This document shows, piece by piece, positions 17,655-27,716 of a stretch of DNA of 64,000 nucleotides; positions within the stretch are counted from its first letter, which is position 1, and every line of letters starts with the position of its first letter. A model generated the notes under the pieces. The model was not told the origin of the DNA, searched no databases, and was given only the letters and a program-made list of their open reading frames with translations. The position numbers and the translations under genes were made by a program. The DNA is from a virus: IMG/VR virus record IMGVR_UViG_3300044998_001357, positions 32,001 through 96,000 of that record; one strand, 5' to 3'.

Positions 17655-18760
17655 ATCTGAATTTACTCGCGCCGGTGAATCAGCTGGGCTACGGCTATGT
17701 TGGGCTCAACGTAGCCTTGGCCCTGGACAGGCTGGGCCATGAGGTTGCTCTCTGGCCCATTGGGGGAGTCCAGGCAGAACCCCGATACCACGCCCCGATT
17801 CAGAAAATGATGGAGCGGACCTTGACGTTTAACCCTGCTGCCCCATCGCTGCGTATCTGGCATCCCTTTGACCTGGCTCAGCACTGTGGTAGTCTCCGGG
17901 CCGCGTTCACCTTCTTCGAACTGAACCGGCTGAAACCAGTGGAGCGACACCACCTGCTAGCCCAAGACCTGGTCTTTGTCTCTTCAGAATGGGCACGGGA
18001 AGTTCTCGAGCGAGCAGGATTACCGAGGGAGCGCATCTATTTTGCCATGCCTGGCGTGGACCACAGCATCTTTAGTGTCCGTGAACTTCCCAAGGACTCT
18101 GTTACCACGTTCCTAAGCGTGGGGAAATGGGAGTACCGTAAGGGACACGATTTTCTGCTGCGAGCCTTTGAAGCGGCGTTTGGTAAACAGGATAATGTTC
18201 GACTGGTGATGCACTGTTATAATCCCTGTTTTCAAACGACCGAGCAGGCTAAAATCTACAACGAGCAGTGGGTCGCCTACTATCGCCAGTCGCCTCTAGC
18301 AGACAAGATTGTGATTTCTCCAGGACGACTGGAATCGCAGACTCAACTGGCAGACCTAATGGCCCAGGCCGACTGTGGGGTATTTTTGTCGCGTGCCGAG
18401 GGCTGGAACCTGGAGGCAATGGAGATGATAGCCCTGGGTCGTCCTGTGATTCTCACCAACTACTCGGCCCACACCACATTTGCCCACCCAACAAACAGTC
18501 ACCTGGTGGAAATTACCCAGACCGAACCGGCTGAGGATGGTGTCTGGTTTTCCGCCGGCGACAAACAGTGGAACGGCCAACCCGGAGAGTGGGCTCATCT
18601 GGGCGATACCCAGCTAGAGCAGACAGTCGAGCATCTTCGCTCGATTCATCGCCAAAAGCAATTAGGCACACTGGAACTAAACCATGTTGGTGCTTCTGTT
18701 GCCCGGCAATATACGTGGCATAGAACAGCATATAATATTGTGAGTGTACTTGAATCATGA
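17651..18760 (+). CDS. GT4 glycosyltransferase
   Basis: GYGYVG, VGKWEYRKGHD, SRAEGWNLEAME. Confidence 0.9.
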   Translation: MNLNLLAPVNQLGYGYVGLNVALALDRLGHEVALWPIGGVQAEPRYHAPIQKMMERTLTFNPAAPSLRIWHPFDLAQHCGSLRAAFTFFELNRLKPVERHHLLAQDLVFVSSEWAREVLERAGLPRERIYFAMPGVDHSIFSVRELPKDSVTTFLSVGKWEYRKGHDFLLRAFEAAFGKQDNVRLVMHCYNPCFQTTEQAKIYNEQWVAYYRQSPLADKIVISPGRLESQTQLADLMAQADCGVFLSRAEGWNLEAMEMIALGRPVILTNYSAHTTFAHPTNSHLVEITQTEPAEDGVWFSAGDKQWNGQPGEWAHLGDTQLEQTVEHLRSIHRQKQLGTLELNHVGASVARQYTWHRTAYNIVSVLES

Positions 18761-19584
18761 AATGTTGGTCTATCGAGCGGGTTCGCACCCCGGAAAACTG
18801 CGGGGTTGTGACCAGTGGTTACGGTGCGTATTTTCCAGGGGTGCAGTTGCTGTACTGCAGTCTTGTTTGGACCCACGAAAACCTGGAGATGCTGCTCTGG
18901 GAAATTCCGGATTGCCCGTTAACTGCCCAGCAGCGCGACTGGTGTGAGCGACAACCTCGTCTTCGGGTGGAGAAACTTACTGAATGTGTAGTACCGACCT
19001 ACTGGCGGCCGGCATGGCAAAAACCGGCCATGATTCGGCATTCCCCGTTTGAGCGAACGCTTTGGCTTGACGCGGATTGTCTGGTATTACGCTCCCTGTT
19101 GCCTGTATTGGAACACATACAACAGCATCCTTTGTTCTTGACGCCCAACACGATTTACACGCCCAATCATCCCCAGCTGGCCGCTCAATTGGGCATCACG
19201 GACCGCAAAGAGCTCTTCACGCTCAATACCGCCATTGTGGGCTACCACCAGGGACGAGAGGACCATCGCAAGCTGGTGGAACGCTGGTGTGAACTGACCC
19301 GCCGGATTGGTTCTCATCCCGACCATCTGGAGAAATACGTCAGCAACGCCGACGAGGGCGTTCTGCGAACCGTTTTGCAGCTGGAGTCGCAGACCCATAT
19401 CGTCTGGCCGGATTTACACTGGGCCTGGCCGGTGTGGCATGGCCATGACTATCGTCAGGGCAGTCTGGAAGACACGAATAATCTTCTGTCGCGATGGCCC
19501 CATGAATACGTGGTTCATTTTCTCGGTCAGCCCAAAATCTGGGCACCCTCTGAGTTGCTCGACATCGAACCCCACAGGATTTGA
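18757..19584 (+). CDS. GT-A glycosyltransferase (GT8-like)
   Basis: WQKP..SPFERTLWLDADC, NTAIV, DEGVL, HFLGQPKIW. Confidence 0.75.
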   Translation: MKCWSIERVRTPENCGVVTSGYGAYFPGVQLLYCSLVWTHENLEMLLWEIPDCPLTAQQRDWCERQPRLRVEKLTECVVPTYWRPAWQKPAMIRHSPFERTLWLDADCLVLRSLLPVLEHIQQHPLFLTPNTIYTPNHPQLAAQLGITDRKELFTLNTAIVGYHQGREDHRKLVERWCELTRRIGSHPDHLEKYVSNADEGVLRTVLQLESQTHIVWPDLHWAWPVWHGHDYRQGSLEDTNNLLSRWPHEYVVHFLGQPKIWAPSELLDIEPHRI

Positions 19585-19587
19585 AAC

Positions 19588-20073
19588 ATGAGTGATGTAA
19601 CAATTAGAGAGTTAGAGTATATTGATTTGAGTAATGGATTCATTGAAACACTATGTCGGTTGAGTCCAACCACCACCAAAAACATCGTTCAGTCCATGGA
19701 CATCATTAACAAGCTTCGTCAAACGGAGACGACCACGGTGCTAGTGGCCCAGAAACTCGATAGGGAGATTATCGGGACTGCCACTCTGGTGCTGATGCCG
19801 AAATTTATACATAACGGCGGGGTCGTGGGTCAAATCGAGGATGTTGTTGTGAAGGACGCCTGGTCCCGGCAAGGGATTGGCTCTGCTTTGGTGCGCCGGT
19901 GTATATCGCTGGCGAAAGAAAAGAAGTGCTACAAGGTGGTTCTCCACTGCAAGGAAGAAATTCAATATTTTTATACTTCGCTGGGTTTTCGGCCTCACGA
20001 AGTAGCACTACGACTTGACCTGGGCGGTGAAAATGAGTTTTCAACAGGCGAAGAAGTCAGGGAGGGTCGCTGA
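19588..20073 (+). CDS. Glucosamine-6-phosphate N-acetyltransferase (GNA1-type GNAT)
   Basis: KFIHNGGVVGQIEDVVV, RQGIG, CYKVVLHC, FYTSLGF. Confidence 0.85.
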   Translation: MSDVTIRELEYIDLSNGFIETLCRLSPTTTKNIVQSMDIINKLRQTETTTVLVAQKLDREIIGTATLVLMPKFIHNGGVVGQIEDVVVKDAWSRQGIGSALVRRCISLAKEKKCYKVVLHCKEEIQYFYTSLGFRPHEVALRLDLGGENEFSTGEEVREGR

Positions 20074-20539
20074 ACAAATCGTGGGCGAAATCCTCCGAAA
20101 GGCTGGGGTTGTTTGTAGACGACACGAAGGAAAAAACTCAGAATGGGATTTGCAATGCGTACTATCGACCGGGATTGTGTTTACCATTGAGGTGAAATAC
20201 GACCTGCTTGCATCGACTACAGGAAACATAGCCATCGAGTACGCCAATCCCCGCACAAACAAACCCTCCGGCCTATTCGCGACCAAGTCAAATCTATGGT
20301 TCATTGTTTTGGATAAGCCGTTGTCGGTATGGGTTGCCAAAACAGAAGACCTAAAGCTTTTTTTTTCGACTCAACCTCCACTGAAAATCATCGAGAAGGC
20401 TGGAGACGGCAACGCCGCCTTAAGACTTTATTCCAAGGACCACATTCTCGATTCTGTTTTTTCACGACTGGACGAGTTGCCTCCCTGGTCTATCTTCAAG
20501 GAGTTGGAAAACTTGTTGGGTTGCAATCCACTGGAATGA
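20033..20539 (+). CDS. PD-(D/E)xK nuclease-like phage protein
   Basis: WDL...IEVKYD...TGNIAIEY..PSGL..TKS. Confidence 0.65.
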   Translation: MSFQQAKKSGRVAEQIVGEILRKAGVVCRRHEGKNSEWDLQCVLSTGIVFTIEVKYDLLASTTGNIAIEYANPRTNKPSGLFATKSNLWFIVLDKPLSVWVAKTEDLKLFFSTQPPLKIIEKAGDGNAALRLYSKDHILDSVFSRLDELPPWSIFKELENLLGCNPLE

Positions 20540-20546
20540 GGTTAGG

Positions 20547-20957
20547 ATGATGAAAATTGAGGTCTTATTGGTTGCTTGTGCTCCAAATGTAACGTCTCCT
20601 GCTTATAGCGCGGTGCTTTGTTGTGATACTCCTGAGGGACTGGCCTTTCCTCGCCGTGAACTGGATGAGAACTGTTCTTCTTTAGAGACCGCTGCGAAGA
20701 TGCTTGAAGATTCTTTGGGTTTGCAGGCCCGAATTTTTGGACACGGCTGGGTGGATTTGCTTCCTCTGCCTGTTGCGGACCACGCTCTGCGAGTTCGCGA
20801 CGGAATTCGTTGGATTGGGCTGGCTTACAGCTGTATCATTCCGCAGCGAGTGAAGCCAAAGCAAGACGCAAAATGGGTGGAATTGGCTGAGATTGTTGTA
20901 TCGAGGATGGTTGAAGACCATCTCGATATTCTGCACACATCTTGTCAACGGAGCTAA
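20547..20957 (+). CDS. Nudix-fold protein (degenerate box)
   Basis: FPRRELDENCSSLETAAKMLEDSLGL. Confidence 0.45.
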   Translation: MMKIEVLLVACAPNVTSPAYSAVLCCDTPEGLAFPRRELDENCSSLETAAKMLEDSLGLQARIFGHGWVDLLPLPVADHALRVRDGIRWIGLAYSCIIPQRVKPKQDAKWVELAEIVVSRMVEDHLDILHTSCQRS

Positions 20958-20960
20958 GTC

Positions 20961-21296
20961 ATGTTCGGTTTCTTCTCTCGTGTAAACAATCAGCCAACTC
21001 TAACGATTAGCGTTCCTCCTGACCAGGATTATGTTAAACTTGATTTGAACCTTGGCAAATCCCCAACCCCTGAAGCTCTTCGCGACTTTGGACGGCTACT
21101 GTTTTATCTCAATCGAGGCGTATTGGTTTCTCTTATTATTAATACGCTCAAGCAGTTAGACCAAGAGCGCTCCGAAATTATTCTCAAAGAGTGGGACATG
21201 ATGGAGAAAAAAGGAAGCGCCATGATGTCTGTTCCGTTGATTCGGCCAACTCAGGTGTTTTCACAAAATAGAATGGAGAATAGTAAAGATGATTGA
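20961..21296 (+). CDS. Hypothetical protein
   Basis: GGAG RBS; operon context. Confidence 0.6.
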   Translation: MFGFFSRVNNQPTLTISVPPDQDYVKLDLNLGKSPTPEALRDFGRLLFYLNRGVLVSLIINTLKQLDQERSEIILKEWDMMEKKGSAMMSVPLIRPTQVFSQNRMENSKDD

Positions 21297-22155
21297 GGCT
21301 CGGATTGTGTGTGATTCACTTAGTAAAGCCGGCACTCGGCTAACAACTTTTGTGCTCACCTATCCACGCTTTATCCATTCGGAACTGATGACGCACCGGT
21401 GTTTTAGCCGCAATGCCGCCTCGAGTCGTGCGATTCCCATTAGCCGAATGCTGGCGTCGGTATTGAACAATCCCGCCGAGCCGGTTGAGTGGGGTGCCAA
21501 TAATCCCGGAATGCAATCCAAGACTCTTTTGACCGGCTGGCGAAAAGTTGCCGCTCGCCGGCTGTGGCGATTTTCCTCGAAAGTCGCCTGCGTGATATCT
21601 TGGGGTTTAAGCAAGCTGGGCACCCACAAGCAGATTGCCAATCGGGTGACCGAGCCTTATGCGCATATACAGACCATTGTGACCGCCACCGACTTTGAAA
21701 ACTTCTTCTGTCTGCGTGCCCACAAGGACGCTCAACCCGAATTCAAATATCTGGCATTTCTAATGCTTCGTGCCTACATTGAGTCTACGCCCAAAAGCCT
21801 GGAGGTTGGGCAGTGGCATCTACCCTTTGCCGATAAGTATATTCCTGAGGGATTGACCGAGGCACAACTACTCAAGATTACCACGGCTCGCTGCGCCCGG
21901 GTGTCGTACGCCAACTTCGAGGGTGATATCGACTTTCAGAAGGACTACAAGCTACACGACAGTCTGTTGGAAAATGGCCACATGTCTCCCTTCGAGCACG
22001 CGGCACGCTGTGAAGACAGTCTGGTTTGTTCGGGTAATCTACGTGGCTTTACTCAGTATCGTAAACTGTTCCATAACGAGTGTCGAACATTGAGTATGAG
22101 CGAGGCAAAGGTCTTGCTGGAACAGTGGCTTGCCGAAATGGGGGTGACTGCTTGA
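21289..22155 (+). CDS. thyX: FAD-dependent thymidylate synthase (Thy1/ThyX)
   Basis: YPRFIHSELMTHRCFSRNAASSRAIP, HKQIANR, AQPE, ARCARVSY, HMSPFEH. Confidence 0.9.
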   Translation: MIEARIVCDSLSKAGTRLTTFVLTYPRFIHSELMTHRCFSRNAASSRAIPISRMLASVLNNPAEPVEWGANNPGMQSKTLLTGWRKVAARRLWRFSSKVACVISWGLSKLGTHKQIANRVTEPYAHIQTIVTATDFENFFCLRAHKDAQPEFKYLAFLMLRAYIESTPKSLEVGQWHLPFADKYIPEGLTEAQLLKITTARCARVSYANFEGDIDFQKDYKLHDSLLENGHMSPFEHAARCEDSLVCSGNLRGFTQYRKLFHNECRTLSMSEAKVLLEQWLAEMGVTA

Positions 22156-22733
22156 GAATTCTGTGGCAGAAGTGGATTGACCCCATTGCGCCGCTGGTTA
22201 CCGGCTCTAAGCAGGACAGGGTCGATGAAGAGGGTGATGGCGATTCTTCGGTTATGGACCACGCCAGGGGAATACATTTTGGGCCTGGAATCATTGGTCC
22301 TCTCGGAATTGTGCCGCTTCACGAGAGCATCCTACCTAGCCGTCTTTACAACTTCTGGATGGCCAACTGCGACTTTGACCTTTCGGCTCGGGTCGTTGAA
22401 CTACTTGAGTGTGTGCGTGGTGTCGAGACGCTAGACATCTTTACTCGCTACCGTTTTCGGGTGGCGATTGGAAAGGTGTTCGACGAACACCTTGTGAAAC
22501 AAGAGATTGAAAAAATTCTTACCGGGCAAAGGGTTCTTCCCGGCAAGATTGATTTTTTGCGTTCGAAATTGCCTGAGGTTTACACGTTCTGGGCAATTCT
22601 GATTAACCATAAATATATCGATTTTGTTGTTGCTGATACCCCCGAAGGCCTCAGGCATCAAGTTGGCGTTAAGAAAGGCCCCGCAGAGGAAATCATTTGG
22701 TGCTGGGATGAGCAAACGAAGAGTAGTGACTGA
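22152..22733 (+). CDS. Hypothetical protein
   Basis: TTG overlaps the thyX stop; FWMANCDFDL..VRGVETL..TRYRF. Confidence 0.55.
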   Translation: MRILWQKWIDPIAPLVTGSKQDRVDEEGDGDSSVMDHARGIHFGPGIIGPLGIVPLHESILPSRLYNFWMANCDFDLSARVVELLECVRGVETLDIFTRYRFRVAIGKVFDEHLVKQEIEKILTGQRVLPGKIDFLRSKLPEVYTFWAILINHKYIDFVVADTPEGLRHQVGVKKGPAEEIIWCWDEQTKSSD

Positions 22734-23247
22734 TGCCGAGTTCAACAAGGCACTCTATGGCGTGCCTGGCGACGAGCAATCGATTCGCGATGCGTCAAAC
22801 AATAGAAATATCCTAAAATCTGTCAGTTCATCCTATCGGAGATTCCTGAGCCAGGATGTTCTTCTGGGATGTGAACTTCACGCTTTATGGCGCACGCTAC
22901 AGTATCATCGCGACGAGTATGGCCAGAAGTTCACAACATCGCTATACCGTTTTGCTCACTGGCAATGCAGGTGCGAGATACGAAAATTGTGCTTTTTTCT
23001 GCAGCAGCGCAACAAGGCCGGCTGTCGTCTACCGGTTCTTATGGTTGAGCGTGATAACTTAGTAGATAATATCAGAGATGCAATTACATGCTTAAAACAC
23101 GAGTGGATGCGCTCAATTATTGTTGATTACTATTTCTTTGGGTATTCATTGCGGCAAATCGCTGTCCGAAACGGTCTTTGCTACGAGGGTACACGCAAGC
23201 GACTGCGATTGGCCGAACGTGAACTAGGAAAAATTTTGGCTGACTGA
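22708..23247 (+). CDS. Sigma70-family (ECF-like) sigma factor
   Basis: Region 2 ALWRTL..Y...QKFTTSLYRF; region 4 HTH YYFFGYSLRQIAVRNGLCYEGTRKRL. Confidence 0.7.
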   Translation: MSKRRVVTDAEFNKALYGVPGDEQSIRDASNNRNILKSVSSSYRRFLSQDVLLGCELHALWRTLQYHRDEYGQKFTTSLYRFAHWQCRCEIRKLCFFLQQRNKAGCRLPVLMVERDNLVDNIRDAITCLKHEWMRSIIVDYYFFGYSLRQIAVRNGLCYEGTRKRLRLAERELGKILAD

Positions 23248-23312
23248 TAGTCAATTTGTTTCCTCGGTGAGTATTATTTTTGCCTTCCATTCCCTTGAAA
23301 ACTGGAGTTGAT

Positions 23313-23615
23313 ATGAAGAGCCTAGATTATGTGGTTGAGTTCGTAAACATGGACCAAAACAAGATTAAAGACACCTTTGAAGCTGTCCGTAAGGTCGTGA
23401 AGGTCGGCCGAATGCTTGCCAAATTGACTATCACCACAACGGTCGATGACGATGCACTGGAACGATTTGAGGCGATTCTGGATGTGATTGAACCCATCGC
23501 CAAGGAACCGGCTATCTGGGAGCTTATCAAGCTCGTGTTGAGCCTGCTCAGTAAGGACAACAATCCGGCGGGGCGTGCTGCTGAACTGACTTATCTTTTG
23601 GAAAAGGCTGATTAA
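23313..23615 (+). CDS. Hypothetical helical protein
   Basis: GGAG RBS; first gene of the exported-protein operon. Confidence 0.6.
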   Translation: MKSLDYVVEFVNMDQNKIKDTFEAVRKVVKVGRMLAKLTITTTVDDDALERFEAILDVIEPIAKEPAIWELIKLVLSLLSKDNNPAGRAAELTYLLEKAD

Positions 23616-24397
23616 TGAACCGGTTGCTTTTTTTCCTGGCCCTGACCTCGTTGGGGCCGGCTTTTGCTGCCGACTTTGTGATTCCGCAGCAAAAGATTGT
23701 CGGAGCCGAGCAGGTGATTTCGCCGGGTGAACTGGTGACCCTGTCGGTTAGTCCACCCGAGAAAACCCCAGGACTGACTTCTACCAGCTATAAGTGGAAG
23801 ATTCTTGAAGGCACCCAGGAACGCCGCTTTGCGGTGGATGTCAACGGAAACATCTTTTTCGGCGCGGGTATCAAACCACGGACGTTCACGGCGGTGGTGG
23901 CTATTACCCATCTCTTTACCGAACGAACCGGCGACAAGGTGACACGGGCTGCCACCCACACGGAAATTCTCACCGCGACCATTCGGGTGGGCGGCGAACT
24001 TCCGCCGCCGGATGGGGACAAGACCCCAGTGGTGCCCAAGCCCGATACCGATGCCTCCTTCCCTGCGGGAAAGTATCAGCTGGCTCGTTTTGCTTACGAA
24101 GCGGGTATGAAGGTTTCGGCTTCGGGGCGGACCAAAGGTAGGGCTCTGGCGGACTCGTTCAAGAACATCGCCTCGGCGATTGCGGCGGGCGGCCTCAAGG
24201 ATGCGCGAGCGATTTTGAAGCAAACCAAGGATAGTAACGACGCTGCTCTGGGCGACCAGGTCTCTGCCTGGGAATCGTTTAGTGATGCCCTGGAAGAAAA
24301 GCTGTTTACTCTTTACCAGTCGGGTTCGTTGCGCTCGGCTGCGGATTTTGCCACCGCCTGGAATGAACTTGCCCAGGGTTTGGAGAAAGTGAAGTGA
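23615..24397 (+). CDS. Exported protein (beta-rich domain, Pro linker, helical domain)
   Basis: Sec signal MNRLLFFLALTSLGPAFA-A. Confidence 0.7.
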   Translation: MNRLLFFLALTSLGPAFAADFVIPQQKIVGAEQVISPGELVTLSVSPPEKTPGLTSTSYKWKILEGTQERRFAVDVNGNIFFGAGIKPRTFTAVVAITHLFTERTGDKVTRAATHTEILTATIRVGGELPPPDGDKTPVVPKPDTDASFPAGKYQLARFAYEAGMKVSASGRTKGRALADSFKNIASAIAAGGLKDARAILKQTKDSNDAALGDQVSAWESFSDALEEKLFTLYQSGSLRSAADFATAWNELAQGLEKVK

Positions 24398-25377
24398 GCG
24401 AACTTATCCGCGCTTTTGAAAAAGGGGAACTTTCAGGCTGGTTGGGTGACAAGAACCCCGGACTGATTCGTTCGGAGTTCCGACTTCTGAGTCAGTCGGG
24501 ATATCTCAGTACGTTTGCGATTAGCGGCCGAGAAAAACGCGCCCAGAACGCGGGCCGCAAAACCATGCTGTACCTACTGGCCCGGAAGGTGCTTGGCAAG
24601 GACATTCCGCTTTATCGCCAGGAGATTGGCGACTGCGCGAGCTTTGGCGGAAAAAACGCTATCGAACTGTTGCAGTGCTCCCAGATTGCGGTGCAGAAGC
24701 AAGAAATTCGCTGGCGACCCGTCTTTCCGCCCTACACCTACGGAGCCAGTCGGGTCTACGTCGGTCGTGGTCGATTGCCACGCAAACCAGACGGTTCCTG
24801 GGGCGATGGTTCGACGGGGGCCTGGATTGCCCAGTCGTTTCTTCGCTACGGCTGCCTGTTTGCCGACGAGGCGGGTGTACCGGCCTACAGCGGCCGGGTG
24901 GCGACCGCGTTTGGCGACAGCGACCCCAGAAACGACCTGGATAAATGGCTTCCCACCGCCAAGGCCTACCTGACCGGTGCGGCGGCACTGGTTCGTACCT
25001 GGAAGGAACTGGTCGATGCTATTAGTAATGGCTATCCAGTCTTTTGTGGGTCTATGGTCGGTTTTGAGTGGCAGCCGCGCCGCGATGGGTTTCACTACCG
25101 TGGGGAAAAGTGGGCTCATCTGATGTGCTTTACCGGGGTCTGTGACGACCCCAGTAACCCCTATGCCATCCTGCAAAACAGCTGGGGGGATGTCCACGGC
25201 CGACTCAAAGATTTTGACGACGGACACCTGTTGCCACCAGGCAGTCTACGCATCCGCCGTGCGGATGCCGAGGCGATTCTGGCCGCTCGAGACAGCTATG
25301 CGGTCAGTCAGTTTCGTGGTTTTCCAGACCAGTCTCAAGAAATTCAGCGTCATATGTTTGACTTGATTGGGAAATAA
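24394..25377 (+). CDS. Papain-like (C1-type) cysteine peptidase
   Basis: QEIGDCASFG (Gln, Cys), AHLMCFTG (His), QNSWG (Asn). Confidence 0.8.
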   Translation: MSELIRAFEKGELSGWLGDKNPGLIRSEFRLLSQSGYLSTFAISGREKRAQNAGRKTMLYLLARKVLGKDIPLYRQEIGDCASFGGKNAIELLQCSQIAVQKQEIRWRPVFPPYTYGASRVYVGRGRLPRKPDGSWGDGSTGAWIAQSFLRYGCLFADEAGVPAYSGRVATAFGDSDPRNDLDKWLPTAKAYLTGAAALVRTWKELVDAISNGYPVFCGSMVGFEWQPRRDGFHYRGEKWAHLMCFTGVCDDPSNPYAILQNSWGDVHGRLKDFDDGHLLPPGSLRIRRADAEAILAARDSYAVSQFRGFPDQSQEIQRHMFDLIGK

Positions 25378-25392
25378 CTTTAAGGATTTGAC

Positions 25393-27021
25393 ATGTATCG
25401 ACTCATTTTAGTCTATCTGGTGTTGGCCTTTAGCTTCCCCTTGTTCGCCGCTCGTTCGGATGATGAGGAGTTGTCTGGAGATGTGCCGCCCAGTGCGGAG
25501 ACCGAACTGTACGCCGCACTGCGACACAAATACTCCGGGCGATTTGAGGCAGAAGACCTTAACCATATCTATTACTTTACGACCTATGCCATTCCAGAGA
25601 AGTGGAATCTCAATGGCGAAGAGGTCCAACTACGTCAACAGGCAGATTACGCTCTGTCGTTTGTGTTGAATAGCTGTGCCTCTCATAAGTCTGAGGGGCA
25701 TATTGAGAAGCCACGACGCGTCAATGGAAGCAAAACACTCTGGTGGGTTGATATCCGGGATTATGGCTGGTCTACGGAGGACATGAATACCATCTTCCGG
25801 ATTCAACCTTACTTTTTAGCTCCGCTGGTTACCTCGAAAGAAAACGCGATTATCTTTCGAGCGGACTGGTTTATCGTTAATGCGATGGATAGCACCAAGC
25901 AGGAAGACCGGGGCATCAAGGATATCGCATATTTTATCTTGCTCTACGGCAAGGGGAATGAGCCCAAGAACGCCGAAGAGTTTCGCAAACGCTGGAATGT
26001 GGACCTGAGGACGATTCGGGCACAGAAGCTGGAGACGGGTACGATTGTGGATTCGGGCGAGTCGGGCGTTTCGCAGCACACCCGACAACTGCGGCGAGGT
26101 CGCACGATTACCGGGTACTACTGGGAGACCCGGGACGTAAAATCTCATGACGCCGACCGGGACAAGGTCAAAGCGCGTGATTTCGTCGAGGAGATTTCCG
26201 CTGAACAATTTGATGCAGGTGAGTACATCGTCAGTCACAAAAACGGGCTGCAGGTCTATCTGCTCAGTGCCGGTGTTAACGAAGATTTCAAGGTTGTGAA
26301 TTTTGCCGACCCCACGCTGGTGGTCGACCGCCAGGACCGCCACGACCCCCGCGTGCGAACAGCTAAGGGGTGCATCATTTGCCACTCCATGGGAATTATC
26401 CCCTACACCAACACGGTACGCGACCTGTTTCGTTCCGGGATTGACCTCAAGGTCAAGAACAAAGACCTTGCTCGTGCTCTCAAGGCGTTTTACCTGAAGC
26501 ATGACGGCAGCGAGGTCGAGGACGATAACCGGATTTACGAGCGTGCCGTCAAGCAGGTCAACGGCCTGGACCCCCAGAGCAACGCCAAGGCCTACCAGCT
26601 GGTCTACGACTGGTACTGGAACAATAAGGTCACCCTTGAGCAGGCGGCACGAGAATGGGGTATGGAAACCGAGATGTTCCGCCAACAAATCAAAGGTACA
26701 ACCGGTGGTCGATTAAGCTTGCTATACAAGAACAAACCCATGCCTCGCGAAATTTGGGATGCTGTTCAGACGGGCGGATATATCCAGTCCGGCCTATTGA
26801 TTCGGCGTATCGCATCACCTTTCTCGGTTCCGACTGTTTCGGTTCCGCTTGCGGAAGTCGTCACAAAGACCAATTTGATTGATGGAAAAAAGGTACTGGC
26901 CGAACTAGACCCTGGGGCGAAGGTAGAAATTCTAAAAACATATGACGATGAATGGTTTTATGCCCGTTCTGGTTCTGTCGAAGGGTATATTCTTCGCGCA
27001 AATGTGAAGGAGCTAAAGTGA
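25393..27021 (+). CDS. Exported protein with CxxCH heme-c motif and C-terminal SH3b-like domain
   Basis: Sec signal; GCIICHSMG; C-terminal GAKVEILKTYDDEWFYARSGSVEGYI. Confidence 0.7.
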   Translation: MYRLILVYLVLAFSFPLFAARSDDEELSGDVPPSAETELYAALRHKYSGRFEAEDLNHIYYFTTYAIPEKWNLNGEEVQLRQQADYALSFVLNSCASHKSEGHIEKPRRVNGSKTLWWVDIRDYGWSTEDMNTIFRIQPYFLAPLVTSKENAIIFRADWFIVNAMDSTKQEDRGIKDIAYFILLYGKGNEPKNAEEFRKRWNVDLRTIRAQKLETGTIVDSGESGVSQHTRQLRRGRTITGYYWETRDVKSHDADRDKVKARDFVEEISAEQFDAGEYIVSHKNGLQVYLLSAGVNEDFKVVNFADPTLVVDRQDRHDPRVRTAKGCIICHSMGIIPYTNTVRDLFRSGIDLKVKNKDLARALKAFYLKHDGSEVEDDNRIYERAVKQVNGLDPQSNAKAYQLVYDWYWNNKVTLEQAAREWGMETEMFRQQIKGTTGGRLSLLYKNKPMPREIWDAVQTGGYIQSGLLIRRIASPFSVPTVSVPLAEVVTKTNLIDGKKVLAELDPGAKVEILKTYDDEWFYARSGSVEGYILRANVKELK

Positions 27022-27704
27022 AATCGGTCAATCGACTTGTGTTATTTGCGTTTGTTTTGTGTGCCACAGTACTGGTGGCACCTGGGGTGTGGGCTAGTTA
27101 TCCTCTGGTTACCCACAGTGCTGTGGTACAACAGGTTCAGCCGATTGTGATTGGGGTGCCGCTTGCGCCGGATTATTACTACTCGGTTGGCGATGGGCTT
27201 TATGCCGAGGAAAGAGAGCGTCGGATTGCCGAGGCGGTTATTCGGCGGTTTGGTCAGGAGTATCAGGTTGTCTCTCCCGGAGCAAAATCTGGGATGGGCT
27301 CCAAAGCCAAGGCCAAGGCCAAGGCCAAGGTAAATTCCGCTCCTGCCCCCTCGCCTCTAAACCGTGATTCGTTCCGACTGGTGGGGGTGATGCCTGTGGC
27401 GAAACAGTCGTTGCCGCCTCCTGCTCGTGATTCTGAAGATGTTGCTGCCATCAATCAAAAAGTGCAGCAGCTTTTTGAAGCCAGTTGCCTGAAATGCCAC
27501 AAGCCGGGCGCTTCCAAGCCTGGTAATATACAGATTTTTACATCTGAGCGAGAGTTGTTTTTTGACTCTGACCCGAAAAAAGAGTCACTTAGGCGTTTGC
27601 GGGTGTATGAATCTGTAGAGAGTGGCGATATGCCACGGGGAGCTCCGCCCTGGACCCCCCAAGAGCGAGCCATTTTGAAGCAATGGTACGAGATGTCCAA
27701 GTAA
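27018..27704 (+). CDS. Exported planctomycete-type monoheme cytochrome c (PSCyt1-like)
   Basis: Sec signal; LFEASCLKCH...VESGDMPRGAPPW..ERAILKQW (His/Met ligands). Confidence 0.8.
   Translation: MKSVNRLVLFAFVLCATVLVAPGVWASYPLVTHSAVVQQVQPIVIGVPLAPDYYYSVGDGLYAEERERRIAEAVIRRFGQEYQVVSPGAKSGMGSKAKAKAKAKVNSAPAPSPLNRDSFRLVGVMPVAKQSLPPPARDSEDVAAINQKVQQLFEASCLKCHKPGASKPGNIQIFTSERELFFDSDPKKESLRRLRVYESVESGDMPRGAPPWTPQERAILKQWYEMSK
27303..27329 (+). repeat. GCCAAG hexamer repeat encoding a (KA)n linker
   Basis: AAA GCC AAG GCC AAG GCC AAG GCC AAG. Confidence 0.85.
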
Positions 27705-27716
27705 TGGAGATTGATG

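Noticed and set aside
25816-26688. Long antisense ORFs (also 33268..34119, 53923..54669 and 24574..25227)
   Set aside because: Shadows of well-supported plus-strand genes caused by codon bias.
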